Positions 22,453 to 35,700 of a stretch of DNA of 50,005 nt are shown in pieces. The translations under genes were made by a program, and so were the position numbers. This DNA is from Octopus bimaculoides (taxonomy: Eukaryota): assembly GCF_001194135.2 (NCBI RefSeq), contig NC_068998.1, positions 24,347,636-24,397,640 of the forward strand. Reading direction: 5' to 3'. Position 1 is the stretch's first letter. Every line of letters starts with the position of its first letter. The notes under the pieces are model-generated. The model saw nothing but the letters and a program-made list of their open reading frames with translations, was not told where the DNA came from and searched no databases.

Positions 22453-24316
22453 TTGTAATTAAATTATATCTGAAAAAATAAAGAGAAGAATGAGAAGGAT
22501 GATCATTGCTAGAATACCTGTAATCACAGGTCTGTTGTACCTATGAACAGAGCTGACCTGGGGCTAAACGAAATGACAACAACAAGTGTAACATAGAAAT
22601 ACTTTTAATAGTGAACATCTCTACAAACAGTGAGAGCAAATATTTCTTGTGATCTTCAAATAAAATATCTCCTTTCAAATACTTAATGGATATTGGTTTT
22701 GTAAACAGTAGGATTCCAATGAAACTAGTGATGGATATTGGTTTCATTAATCCTGTTTACGGACAAAGTCTATAGACACACACTTTTATGAGAAATCTAA
22801 TCTCACCGATTGAGAAAATGTAATCATGACAGAATTTTTGGAGTTGTTGTTTAACCCTAGGTCATCCCTAATCAAGCAAATATATAAGCAAAGGTATTCC
22901 ATGTATGGCTACCACTTACTTTTTTATTAATATCTGGCACTACCGTTTTTAATAAATTCTTTTTTAAGTTGACAGTGTGTGATTTGATAGATGTTTGGCT
23001 TTTACTTCTAGCAAAATCATGAAATCACAGTCTTCCTCCCAGGTGAGTTATTCCTAGTAAATAAATATGTCAATATCCTTTACCAAAAAGGATCTTAGAT
23101 CATTTACTTGTGGTCCCGTGCTGTAGTTTTATAGCCTGTGTATGATTCATAATGAAAGTGAAAAGAAGGCAAGTGTTAGCGTTTATACCTAGAACTTCAA
23201 ATGGTGTTTCAACAACTTGTTGTACGTTGCTAGTTTTGAGCTGGTGAATCTGTTTTTCGACATGGCAGGATGCCTTCCCAGCACCGCAAACTAAAAAAGG
23301 CTCATCTTAATCAAGGGCAGTGGGTTGAAAGATTTATATAGAGCAGAAGATAAACTGCTCTACTATATTTACTTATGGCCTTTTATGATCAGAATTGAAA
23401 TATAGCCAAAGCAATTTTGCCGTTATCGATGAAATAAAGTACTAATCAAGTACAGGTATTGTTCCCCTTCTAAAAATTTAAACTTTGTGCTTATTTTAGA
23501 GACAATTAATCAAGCAAAACCTTAATGGTAATTAAAACAGTGAATTTCACTTCTTTGCTTCACTTGTTTACAATTAGGTACACTGTGCAACTGAATTTCA
23601 TTATCTTAGTTATGAATACTGAACCGTGTGGGCAATAAAATAATACTAGTTCAAAGAACCAGCAATGTTTTGACTCAACCATAGTTTTACCATATATAAT
23701 TACTTCAATGACAAACAATACTAAAATATCATAAGTACCTAAATCACACAGAATCTAAAATCTATCACTAGTATCATGTATACATGGCCAGCCGTATGTC
23801 TTAAATTTTCATTAAACTTGTTAATAAATACTTAAAATTTTTTATTTGTATAACTGTAGAAACTTAATTTACCTGTGCTTCATTTATGTTGACTTACCTC
23901 TACTAGATTATTATAGATATAAAATTAGTCAGAGGAGAAAGAACAATCACCATGAATTTCACAGGGATTCCCTGACTAAGGAAGTGATGCTGTTTAAACT
24001 TCAGTCAGCTCTGATCTAGAAGGCCAGTGGTAACAGAAATGGGAGTCATGAGCATACCTGCATTTTTGTATATCAGGTACTACCTTGTTCAATGTATCTG
24101 AGTGTTTTTAAAAAGTAAATTGATATGATTTAAAACAGATTTTACTATAATTTCTAGCAAGTCGAAAAACCACATAGAAGTTCTTTCATTTGTTTCTTGC
24201 TTTTTGGTTACACTAAAAACTACTACAGCCATCATTTTGAATCAAGCATGACTAAGTAGTATGTGCCATGATTTCACTAATTGTCTTTGGTACCCACATA
24301 CTCATGAGTATACATT

Positions 24317-25570
24317 CAAGGGTTGGCTGAAAAGTTCATAGGCTAAGCAAGATGCTCTCATGGAATGTGACCAAATGCGGTTTAATTTTTAACATAGACA
24401 CCCCCTCCCCTTGCAGTCCATCGGTATTGCAGTACTTGGATCACTTTGGTGAAGAGGCTTTTATCCTATTGATCAAAAAAGCCATCAACAACATATGTGA
24501 CTGCTCTTCTGGTTCCAAGCCAAGTGTTTTTCATGTTGGGGAATAAATGATAATCAGATAGGGTGGGGCCAAATCAGGAGAATAGGGAGGACGATCAACC
24601 AGTTCAAAGCCAGTCATGCACTACGACCATTGAAGCCAAGGACTTGTGTGCTGGAGCACTGTCCTCACGAAACAAGACCTTTTTGTCAGTTTTCTTGGGC
24701 GTTTAGTCTTGATAGCTTTTTGTAACTGCAAATTGGCACAGTACTCTCCACTGATGGTGTGGCCCTTTTGAAGATAGTCAATAAAAACAATGCCTTTTGT
24801 CTCTCAAAAAACTGAGGCCATCACTTTCCCTGCAAATGGAACAACCTTGACCTTCTTTGGAGCAGGTGAAAAGAGGTGTTTGTCTCTTCTGACTTAAAAT
24901 GATGAGCCCAACGCTCATCCTGGGTCAGGAAATGTTCAAGGAAACCAGCTGGATCTGCCTGAAACATCCGATTTTCTAGTGATGTGATCAGTCTGGTGCA
25001 TTTTGATCAGGTGTCAGAAGAAATGGCACCCACTAAGCAGAAATCTTTGTCATGCCAAGTTCATTGAGCAGAACATTCTGAACTATTACACAGAATGTGC
25101 TGATAGCATTGACTAATTGATTTATAGCCAATTGCCTTTCATCTATCACCATATGGTCATCATGATCAAAGCTTTCCTTACTGGTGGAAGTTGTAGGTTG
25201 TCCAGACCTTGGGTCATCTTCAAGACCCTCCCTTTCCTTTCTCAATTCTACTGCCTTCTTTTACTCTGTTGAAAAAGCTGGAGCATCATTCCTTAATGTC
25301 AGCATGAATGTTCTTGGTGTCTAAACTCTTTTTTTCTGCAGGAACATTATAACACCACGATGCCAAATTTTGCTTGTTTTCCAAAGAAGTCACTACTTGT
25401 TACATTTGACGTCTTCTTTGAATAGTCAAATGTCAGCTTACTTGGAAAATATTAATGCAGTTATTAATGAGAAGAGTTCAAATTGATGCATGCAACATTT
25501 CATAGCTCTAGCTTCCCTCCTTCATAGTCAGCCTTCCCTCCTTCATAGTCACACTTTGCAACTCCTCATG
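24317..25570 (-). mobile_element. mariner transposon relic, near full length
   Basis: Minus-strand translations LEDDPRSGQP, NELGMTKISA*WVP, FLTQDE, KVMASVF and VDRPPYSPDLAP (mariner WVP and YSPDLAP signatures). TIR CAAGGGTTGGCTGAAAAGTTCATAGGCT at about 24317; the opposite TIR is degenerate. Confidence 0.88.
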
Positions 25571-25631
25571 CCATAAGCACCTTCCCAGCCTTTCCACTCT
25601 TAATGCTGCAGAATTTCCATTATTTGATGTT

Positions 25632-25633
<2 letters not shown>

Positions 25634-25682
<49 letters not shown>

Positions 25683-25826
25683 NNNNNNNNNNNNNNNNNN
25701 NNNNNNNNNNNNNNNNNNNNNNNNNNNNNNNNNNNNNNNNNNNNNNNNNNNNNNNNNNNNNNNNNNNNNNNNNNNNNNNNNNNNNNNNNNNNNNNNNNNN
25801 NNNNNNNNNNNNNNNNNNNNNNNNNN

Positions 25827-25868
<42 letters not shown>
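25634..25868. repeat. (GA)n microsatellite spanning an N gap
   Basis: Direct reading. Confidence 0.9.
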
Positions 25869-25871
<3 letters not shown>

Positions 25872-26003
25872 GCACCAGAACTTAACTGATTCTTCCTGTA
25901 TTGGCCTTGAAAAAAATGAAAGAGAAAGTTGAACTTGGTAGAATTTTAACGAAAGGTGCAAGAACCATAACAAATATAGTACATTTTATTCAATGATCTA
26001 AAG

Positions 26004-27102
26004 CAGTGGTTCTTAACGTGGGTTCAGTCGAACCCCAGGAGTTTGTTGAGTCATCCTTAGGGGTTCAGCAAGGGTCAAGACACACGCAGTATAGCCTGGT
26101 TCACATTAGCAATGTTGGGCCGTTTTTGTCGGCTATCAAAACATTGGCTGCTGACAATTTGGCAACATAGAATTTTTCTTCACCATGTTAGATTACAAAT
26201 ATTTAGTTGCTTAGTAAAACTTTGCTATACAAAATAAATTTCCATGATAGACTTGTTTATTGAAAAATAAATTGCGATAACAATATAGAATTTAATTTTA
26301 AAATATCAATAAATAAATATATAAATTTTTAAAGCTTTTTGAACAAAGTAAAAAATCAGCCCAGACTTACGTTTGTGTGTCCGTTCCATTCAGCCCATTC
26401 ATATTATTCATGGCCATCATTGGCTGCAACTGATCATGCCACATCACTTGGCTCGGCTTTGATATCTGTACTGCAAGAAACTTGGTGTGCTCTGTAGTCG
26501 ACTTGTGGCTGTTGTCATTGTACATCATTTTTGATTTTTTTTTCAAACCCTTCATACTATGTCAATCAAAAACAGAAAGTGATTGGACGAATATGTAAAA
26601 TCTGGATTCACATATATAAAGGAACAGGATGGAAGTCAGCATCCTCAATGCAAGATTTGGAGACATTTCTGTACCTGGGCAGCTGAAACAAGCAATTACC
26701 ATGCACTCAGATGAGCTTGCAAAGTCTCTCAACAGATACTTCCCCAACCAGATACTTCCTCCAACTGATATTGTTGCAAAAATTATATGAGAGGGGCACT
26801 TGCCAAGGTGAAGCCGTGCATTTCTGAACTTGCATCTGAAAGGCAACAGTAAAAGTCACATTTATTTGCAGTAAATATTCATTGAGTTATGTTTTTGTGT
26901 GAAATTCATGTTTTGCTGGTTTTGTTCTTTGAACGCAGTGACTTCCTGTGCAAAATGATGTATAGTTCATTTTGTGTACTAATAAAATATATACTTGTGC
27001 TTTAAAGAAGTCATATTTTATTTTTCCAATTATGAAGTGTTCGGTGAATGCACTGATGAAGCTTGCAAGGTTCAGTACTTCCAATAAGGTTAAGAACCAC
27101 TG
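26004..27102 (+). mobile_element. hAT (Charlie/Buster-like) non-autonomous deletion derivative
   Basis: Perfect 14-bp TIR CAGTGGTTCTTAAC/GTTAAGAACCACTG; 8-bp TSD ATCTAAAG/CTCTAAAC (NTCTARAN type). Transposase N-terminus MSIKNRK*LDEYVKSGF..PQC (from 26559) joins C-terminal LKQAITMHSDELAKSLNRYFP...MRGALAKVKPCISELASERQQ*KSH. Confidence 0.92.
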
Positions 27103-27800
27103 CTCTAAACTATAATAGGATCAAAGATGCTTTATGTTCAGTCTGAACATCAATAAGAGAATGTTTACTGCAAACATGCTAGTGGGAGTGAATCGAGATA
27201 ATGGCAGTGTGTGTGTGAGGAAGAAGCAGAAAAAATGTTTCTTTCAGGGCATAGGCTATCAAACATAACACATCCGATAAGAAAGGGAGTGATTCATTTT
27301 GTATTGATGGAAAGATTTTCTCTATAAAAATGTCTAACTTCATAAAATGTCGAATTTAGCTTAATTTATTTGTCTCAAGTTATGTCATTGCTGATGATTC
27401 CAAAGCCATTATACATGGCTACCAACGAGTAGAAACTTTAAAAAACTTTATAAATGTATGTAGAGAAAAAACATATTGTGTATATTCTGCACAACCACAA
27501 CTTCTTTATTCATTGATGTGAACTCCAAAATTTCAAGTTCACTCCATCTTAACTTATGCCAGAAGAGATTTTCTGCCCTATAATAGCTGACCACCCAGTG
27601 CATCCCACCAAATATACATATAACTATTTCTGAAAAACAGAGGCCATTATTATATTACCTGTAAAAGAGGCAATGTAAGGCAACTTGCAAATGTAATTTT
27701 GTGGCTGTAGCATGTTGTGAAAGAGTCATTGTCAACCAGCTGAACATATCTGCTTTTCTAGATATCTCTCCATCAGTCTGTGGTTGGCAGAATCTAAAGG

Positions 27801-28029
27801 CGGCGAGCTGGCAGAAACGTTAGCACGTCGGGCGAAATGCGTAGCAGTATTTCGTCTGCCGTGACATTCTGAGTTCAAATTCCTCCGAGGTCGACTTTGC
27901 CTTTCATCCTTTTGGGGTCGATAAATTAAGTACCATTTACACACTGGAGTCGATGTAATCGACTTAATCCCTTCGTCTGTTCTTGTTTGTCCCCTCTATG
28001 TTTAGCCCCTTGTGGGCAATAAAGAAATA
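27801..28029 (+). mobile_element. tRNA-derived SINE family C (Meta-domain-like core) with 12-bp TSD
   Basis: Head CGGCGAGCTGGCAGAAACGTTAGC; B box GAGTTCAAATTCC; core GAGGTCGACTTTGCCTTTCATCC..GGGGTCGATAAA..AGTACC; flanked by AGAATCTAAAGG at 27789-27800 and 28030-28041. Confidence 0.88.
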
Positions 28030-28081
28030 AGAATCTAAAGGTTTTAGATTTTTGTTATGCTTTCATTTTTCCCTATTTTAA

Positions 28082-28623
28082 TGTCTGTGTGCAGCAGAGC
28101 ATTGGTGTATTGAGAGAGAAGTTGGGCATAAGAAGAATGATATGCAATGTGCAAGAGAGGAGACTGTGCTGGTTTTGGCCATGTGATGTGAATGGATGAG
28201 GACAATTGCATGAAGAAGTGCTGATCACTTAAAGTGGAGAGAAGTAGTGGAAGAGGGAGATGCAGGAAGACATGAGATGATGTATTGAAGGCTGAGTTCA
28301 AAATGCTGAACCTTATGAACGAGATGACAGAGGACCGAGATATGTGGTGCATTGCTGTGCTCAAGAAGACCTGTCCACCATGACAGAATTGAGATCCTAG
28401 AACCAAGGTGTCATGTAAAAAGTGGTGTAGGTGCTGGTGCCATGTAATAGGTGGCCAGTACACTTTGTGGAGTTTTTGACATTAGGAAGGGCATCTAGCT
28501 GTAAAAACCAAACCAAAACAGACTATGGAACCAGCTGCAGCCCTTAGACTTGCAAGTTTCTATAGAGCCATCCAACCCATGCCTGCATGGAAAATGGATG
28601 TTAAACGTTGATGATGATGATGA
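28082..28623 (+). mobile_element. RTE-clade LINE 3' fragment with (GAT)n tail
   Basis: Translation LREKLGIRR..CNVQERRLCW..HVM and RKT*DDVLKAEFKML; hairpin CCATGCCTGCATGG; tail TTAAACGTTGATGATGATG. Confidence 0.85.
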
Positions 28624-29411
28624 CAATATTAAGGAGATTTTTCTATCTGCTTGTAATAACTTGAGGGCTTTTAGTGTATATGATCATATATCTGCCTGTT
28701 TCCCATACAAACAGCAGCAGTATCTATGGCATGCTATTTTAATTTATATGGTATTTTATTTAAGTTTTGATGACAAGACATATTATTCAGCTAACAATGT
28801 TGGTTGCATTAATTTAATTTCAAAGTATCTTTGAAAATAAAATTTAAAAAAACAGAAAAGAAATGGTTTAATTACACATTATCTTTCAAATAGATCTACT
28901 AAATTTGTTAGTGATCTGCCATGAGATCTGATATCTGATACTCAGATTTGTCTCTTTCCATTAACGCATACTTAATGCCTACAAATATACTTAACCTCTT
29001 CTCTACTGTGACAAGAAAGATCTATATCCTTAACCCCTCTAGAATCTAAGTAAATGCTTTGATTCATCTCAGCAAAGTTATATTTGTCGATACCATGATG
29101 TTATCTGAATCTGTAACATGTTCTATCTGCAACATGTGCAAAAATGTATCAAATAAATGTAGAAGTTTTATCTTCACACTTGTTTTACATTTGCACTCAG
29201 TGTTCGAATTATTAGAATGGAACATGAAATACTAAATTATTCGTTCCCCACATATGGATCTTTTCAAGTATAACTGAATACATGGGGTTCTCAACATTAT
29301 TTATCTATAATCAATATGCTACACCATACAATAAATCTCTCTCTTACTCTTGCTTTCTATATTTTATCTATCCTATCTATGCATTTATATAAATATATTA
29401 TATATGTTTGT

Positions 29412-29539
<128 letters not shown>

Positions 29540-29542
29540 TAT

Positions 29543-29901
29543 AGGCAACACTATGGCTGTGTAGTAACATATTTGCTTTCCAACTACATGGGTCCAGGGT
29601 CAATCAATCCTACTGTGGCACTTTGAGTAAGTGTGTTCTACTATAGCCCTAGGACAACCAAAGTCTTGTGAATAGATTAGGTAGACAGAAACTGAAAGGA
29701 ACTCATTACACACACACACATATATATATATGTATTTGTGTTTCTTACCTGCCACTGATAGAATAAGTACCAAACCATCACAAGTCTGATAGAATAAGTA
29801 CCAAACTCAAAAGTGTAAGTGCAAGGATCAATTTCGTTGATTAGACCGTTGAAGGCAGTGCCTTAGCATGGCTGTATTCCAATGACTGAAACAAGTAGAA
29901 A
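29543..29901 (+). mobile_element. SINE family A, degenerate near full-length copy
   Basis: TGGCTGTGTAG A box; GGCACTTTGAGTAAGTG core; tail AATGACTGAAACAAGTAG; internal 21-bp duplication CTGATAGAATAAGTACCAAAC. Confidence 0.78.
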
Positions 29902-30524
29902 ATTATATAAATATATGAAGTCAATTAAGCTTAGTTTGATTTTTACATTTTAGTTTTGCATTTTTACTCTGATACAATATTATTCTTAGTTCCATGTTTT
30001 ATAAACATTCACATGAAGATTGTTATCAAAAATGAAGGTATTTGTAATATAAAATTGTAAAGATACAAAACAAAAGTGTGGACAATGGACTATGTTGAGT
30101 TTTATTAACATATATATTTATCTACATACAATTTTATGAACTGTGAATTATACATATATGCATGTATATACACACATACACACATGCATGCATATATATA
30201 TATCATTGCATCCTGGTTAATCACAGTTCTTCATTTAGGTTACAAGAAAAATATAACATCACAATATTAGTCCATTAGATATGGTGATTAAAAAAAGAAC
30301 ACAGCATCATATAGCATCAACTGAAGGTTGCTGGAAAGACCCAGGCTATATTTAAAGAAGATAGAAGATATAGGCTCTTCTTGTATAATGAGTTCAACCC
30401 TGCCAAAACATATGTTTTACTAAAGTTCTACCCTTTTGCCTACCATCGCATCACCAAGAGTCTATATGCCTCCAGTACATAAGTGGCTATGAACCTTCTG
30501 TTTGCATGTCTGAAAAGTCATTTA

Positions 30525-31650
30525 TTGGGTCATCAAGTATGAAATTTGTTGTAAGGTATATGGTAAACTTTCACAGCTGTTCATTTTGCGCCATTAATAT
30601 ATTTTGACAATTTAAATTTTTTCTTAGAAAGCTGACACATCTATTTATTTATTCTAACTCATTTTGCACTTATAAGTCGTTTCTTGCTATTTTTGTTTAG
30701 AGATGAATAAGTCGGAAATTCATACAGTTTTGAAATACGAGTTCTTTCTTGGAAATATAGCATCACAAACAGCTTGGCATATTAATGGAGTATTTCATTC
30801 TAATGTTATTACACAGCAGACAGTATCAAATTTGTTTGCAAAATTTCATTCTGGTAACTTTGACCTCACAAATGACCAACATGGTCGACCAGAAAAAAAA
30901 TGGTGGGTAATGACATACTGAAAGCCACTGTCGAGTCAGATATATCTCACAGTGTCCTTGAATTATCATTGTTGTTTGGTGTTAGCAAGCAAACAATATT
31001 GACTCACCTAGTTCAAATCAGTAAAGTGAAAGAGTTGGATAAGTGGGTTCCACATGAACTCAATGAAAACCAGAAACTGCAACGTTTGGAAGCCTGCATT
31101 ATGCTACTTTCTCATCACAAAATAATGAATCATTTTTTAATCAAATTGTAACATTTGATGAAAAATGGGACCAATACAACAACCGTAAATGTTCAGCACA
31201 ATGGTTGGACAAAGACAAGCCACCAAAACACAGTCCAAAAAGCAAAATTTATCAAAAGAAGCTGATGGTGTGTGTTTGGTGGTCTGGNNNNNNNNNNNNN
31301 NNNNNNNNNNNNNNNNNNNNNNNNNNNNNNNNNNNNNNNNNNNNNNNNNNNNNNNNNNNNNNNNNNNNNNNNNNNNNNNNNNNNNNNNNNNNNNNNNNNN
31401 NNNNNNNNNNNNNNCTCCACTGACTACCACTTCTTCCAGAATTTGGATAACTTTTGATAGGAAAAAAATTCAATTCCGATGATGCTGTAAAACAGGCCTT
31501 CCAAGATTTTATTGACTGTAGATTGCCAGGCTGGACAAGCTACCTCTGAAATGGCAAAACTGTATACTTTGATGAATAAAACTATTCCTTGTATTTAGAA
31601 AACATTAGCAAACTTTTTTTCTTTTCTACAAATTTCATACTTGGAGCTAA
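30525..31650 (+). mobile_element. mariner transposon (Hsmar1/cecropia-like transposase), full-length relic spanning a gap
   Basis: TA|TTGGGTCATCAAGTATGAAATTTG ... CAAATTTCATACTTGGAGCTAA|TA. Translation MNKSEIHTVLKYEF, KWVPHELNENQK, IVTFDEKW, KLMVCVWW, TDYHFF; frameshifted. Confidence 0.92.
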
Positions 31651-32959
31651 TATATTGTCTATGGGCAATATTCAGTGTGAACCTGGCAGTAACATTTTGG
31701 CATAACCAGTTATATATTGGTTGATGATTCAAAAATATACCCACTCTTTTATTTATATTGAGCATGCTTTTATTTCAAACTTATGGGCAACTAACCGATA
31801 TTATATATATAGAGTGTATTTGTGTAGTATAAGCATGTATGCTTGTTACCAATTTAGATGCAAGTGAATGACACTAAAATCATATAGAATAAGAAAATTA
31901 GCTGATATTGGTTGAGAAATATGCTTCTATTTGCAGACATATTGCGATTAAAGGAAAGAAACACTGAATTTGACATTTTGTTGTACATAAAGAATCAGAA
32001 ATTTTCACATTAAAAGAATAAGAATATATATATATATGTATATATATATTCAAAATGAAGGCAGAAAACCAAAAAATGCATGGGAAAAAGATTCAAAATC
32101 ACCCAGTGAGAAAATGCATGTAATCCTATAAATTCTAATAGGTGAGTTCTTTTGAAATGTTAAAAGCTATCTATTCATTTTTATCAATAGAATCAGTAGG
32201 AAGCAAAAAAACAAATGAATCAGTTGAGTTATTTTCAAGTTATCACAAAGTTACAATTAGAAAACTACTTTTCTGTATAGATGATTTAGAATTCATATCC
32301 ATTAATTAAGTTACAGATATTTACAAAAAGAGATGTCTTGAAGCATTTGCTTTAAGAAATATATATGGATGAACAATATATGCCAATCAGAAAAGAAACT
32401 GAAATTAGCCATAATACTGAACTGAAGTACCAAAAGCTCTAAAGAACCAAATCAGGCAAAATTCATTCATATAATGAATCAATGCCCATTACTCAACGCT
32501 ATTTTTTCTTCTTCCTTTCTGCTTGCTGTGACTAAAAATTACCCTTATTGAATATCTCTAGCTCTGGGTCACTGATAACTCAATGAAATCCTATTAAAGA
32601 ATCTACATCAGACAATGCAGTCTTTCTTATATTATATAAATAAAATCATACAGTTAACATTGTTTCTATTTTCTTAACTATGAGAAATGTCATTTTTGAT
32701 AATGAAGTCTGAAGCTGAGAACAGACATTCAAAAAGATTTTAAACTTTAGGAAATATTTTTTTTTTTCAAAACGGTACATTTTGAATGAAAATATAACTT
32801 TTGGTGCTTTTTTGTTTTTTTATCTATTTGGTGAAAATAGAAACTGAACAAGAATGTAGAGCATACATTTTATTTTCATAATTGCAGCATAAGAGATGTA
32901 TTTATATCTGAATTTAATTTGTCACAAATTTCTTATATTTAATTTGTCACAGATTTCCT

Positions 32960-33655
32960 ATGGGCTGTAACTGCTGAGGACATACGTAAGCTCGCAAGGA
33001 ATGAAGCCAGTATGCTCCGTTGGATGTGTAATGTCAATGTGAATACCCGTCAGAGTGTAAGTATCTTGAGAGAAAAGCTGAACATTAGAAGCATCAGTTG
33101 TGGCGTGCAAGAGAGATGATTGCGCTGGTATGGACATGTGGTNNNNNNNNNNNNNNNNNNNNNNNNNNNNNNNNNNNNNNNNNNNNNNNNNNNNNNNNNN
33201 NNNNNNNNNNNNNNNNNNNNNNNNNNNNNNNNNNNNNNNNNNNNNNNNNNNNNNNNNNNNNNNNNNNNNNNNNNNNNNNNNNNNNNNNNNNNNNNNNNNN
33301 NNNNNNNNNNNNNNNNNNNGCACATGAGATGCACCATTTTGAGCGTGGCCGTTGCCAGTACCGCCTGACTGGCTCCTGTAGGATTTTCGAGCGAGATCGT
33401 TGCCAGTGCCCCTGGACTGGCTTGTGCGGGTGGCACATAAAAGACACCATTTCGAGCGTGGCCGTTTTCGTGCGGGTGACACGTAAAAGCACCCACTACA
33501 CTCTCTGAGTGGTTGGCGTTAGGAAGGGCATCCAGCTGTAGAAACTCTGCCAAATCAGACTGGAGCCTGGTGTTGCCATCCGGTTTCACCAGTCCTCAGT
33601 CAAATCGTCCAACCCATGCTAGCATGGAAAGCGGACGTTAAACGATGATGATGAT
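32960..33655 (+). mobile_element. RTE-clade LINE 3' fragment, comparatively young (CpG-rich)
   Basis: Translation WAVTAEDIRKLARNEASMLRWMCNV...LRWYGHV; 3' UTR with subrepeats (CACCATTT.GAGCGTGGCCGTT twice); hairpin CCATGCTAGCATGG; tail TTAAACGATGATGATGAT. Confidence 0.9.
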
Positions 33656-35379
33656 ATTCTTTCCTAATACAGGGCCTTATAATGGATAAGATAAAGTCTT
33701 GTACCAGTTATTCAATGAGTAGTCAATGTCCTCTCATCCAAACTAAAACTTTGTGTTACTTGTCTATGAGTTCTTTTTAACCTTGGTACAGCATAGTAAA
33801 TATTGATGCAATATTCCAGGTTTTGAAAGTAAGACTTTGGGAAGAATGCTGGAGATTAGTTGTCAATAAATATTCCTATTAAGCTTATAAGGGAAGTGGT
33901 TAGGGGATCAAGTAAATATTTTTGATAAATTTTCAAGATGGAAACGGATAAGCCATGCACTCAGAAAAGAAGGAAATTTTATTAAGCAAATTTCTTAACT
34001 CACAACCTGTAGCAAAGAGAAGACATAGTAGTTTAAGAGACACATGGTTATGAACACTAAGAGAAATTGTCTAAGGACATTGGATGAAATTAGCAGAAAT
34101 GGCTTAATAAAAGTAGTATGGGGCATGTAATTTCATGATTTGTTATTCATCCATAAGGTGCTGGAGGATGTGATTATGTCAATACCGAATATGTAATCAT
34201 ACTCACAGATAGTAGCTCTCACTCTATTGTAATTATACACTGTTACACAGAGATATTTATGCCATATTATAACTTAAACACACTCACATATATGCACTCA
34301 CACAGCACAGTAACCATAGACATTCACACACACAAACTGTTACATAATGTTATTTATAACAATGCTCCCCCACTACTCCTGCTCATGATCAGAGATGCAC
34401 ATATTGTCACCCACAAGAGGCATGCTCAAGCAACTGACAAGCAAATTTGTGCCACTGAGCAGAATATTTTTACTATAATGATATTTCTGCTTCAGCAACT
34501 TAGTCCTGAGTCTGTCTGAAATGTAATGGAAAATAGGCGAGTTTCAAAACATTGATGTCCACATCACATAAGCAAAATTTGAGGGGAATAATAGTCATTT
34601 CCTTTGATTTCTAGACAGAAGCAATTAGGAAATAACATTTACTGGTCAAACACAAAAATATATAAATAAAAATTTTTGTTAATCAGTACAGTTCATAAAT
34701 TTCAATAAGTTTGTATACTGTGTAGTCATTTCAGGACTAGCCTTTTGCTTGAGAGTTTTGTCAATGCAAATGATGAACAGTTTCTTCAGATGCTGTTTTA
34801 ATGTATCTAATCCTAGCCAATGGTCCTCAAAATAATTTACACATGGTCATATTTCTACAAACCAGAAACATGGACAGACAAAATGCTCTCACACAGAGCT
34901 GTAAATATATAGATTTTACATAGGATCTGTCACATAATTGTATGATTATACTCAGTCATGTAAAAGGCACATTTACACCTTTATTAGAGCTTTCGATAGA
35001 ATCTCCTTTACCTGCTCCACCTCTTTGTGCTTTGAACTCAAATCCATCTTAAATTAATTTTATCTTGCATTATGAATAAGTTCCCATCAAAAGTGATGGA
35101 TTAATGGATTTGTTAGAGGACTGGGCAGCATAACGTACAGTATATATTCCAGATGCTTGTCTTCTGAGTTTAAAATACCTCTTATCACTGACCACCTCAT
35201 GGCAAGAAGTTGATCCTTTAGGATCTAACTAATGATGATGGGTTTGTGATGTCAGACAATGCAACACATTGGATGCAGCAGTATCTTGATCACTTCCATA
35301 AATACAAAAGGACCTGACAAAAAGCAGAATAAATAGTAGGTTGGACAAAGAAAGTCACATGGGGGCACCAACTTAATGT

Positions 35380-35700
35380 CATAACATATAAGTTATTACA
35401 GAGCGAGACACACACATGATATCATAGTGTAAACATAGTCACATAAAACACTCATAATTTATACATTATCACATAGAAAGCATATATCAAAATGTACACA
35501 TCGCTACATTAGAGACACTCACATATCATAATATTCACATTGGCACTTAGGAAACATACACATAATATTATAATGTACATATTATCACATGAAGTGACTG
35601 ACATAATATCATAATATACATATTGTCACCATACAGACATATAATATACACTTCGTCACATAGAGGGATTCACATATCATTACACATTATCAGATAAATG
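35380..35700. repeat. degenerate minisatellite, unit about 30-40 bp
   Basis: Recurrent ACAT(A)TT(A/G)TCACATAG...CACATATCATAAT units. Confidence 0.6.

Noticed and set aside
19518-23900. Isolated consensus donors on the minus strand (19523, 23897)
   Set aside because: No matching acceptor with a convincing open frame; hexamer matches are common by chance.
25511-25551. 21-bp tandem duplication near the mariner end; similar 35-bp duplication at about 42865-42938
   Set aside because: Ordinary local slippage in decayed sequence.
27653-27675. Minus-strand TTTTACAG|GTAATA, and plus-strand TTCTGCAG|GTATGT at 36341-36357, as recursive splice sites
   Set aside because: No host intron is established, the two are on opposite strands, and such motifs are expected by chance in 50 kb of AT-rich DNA.
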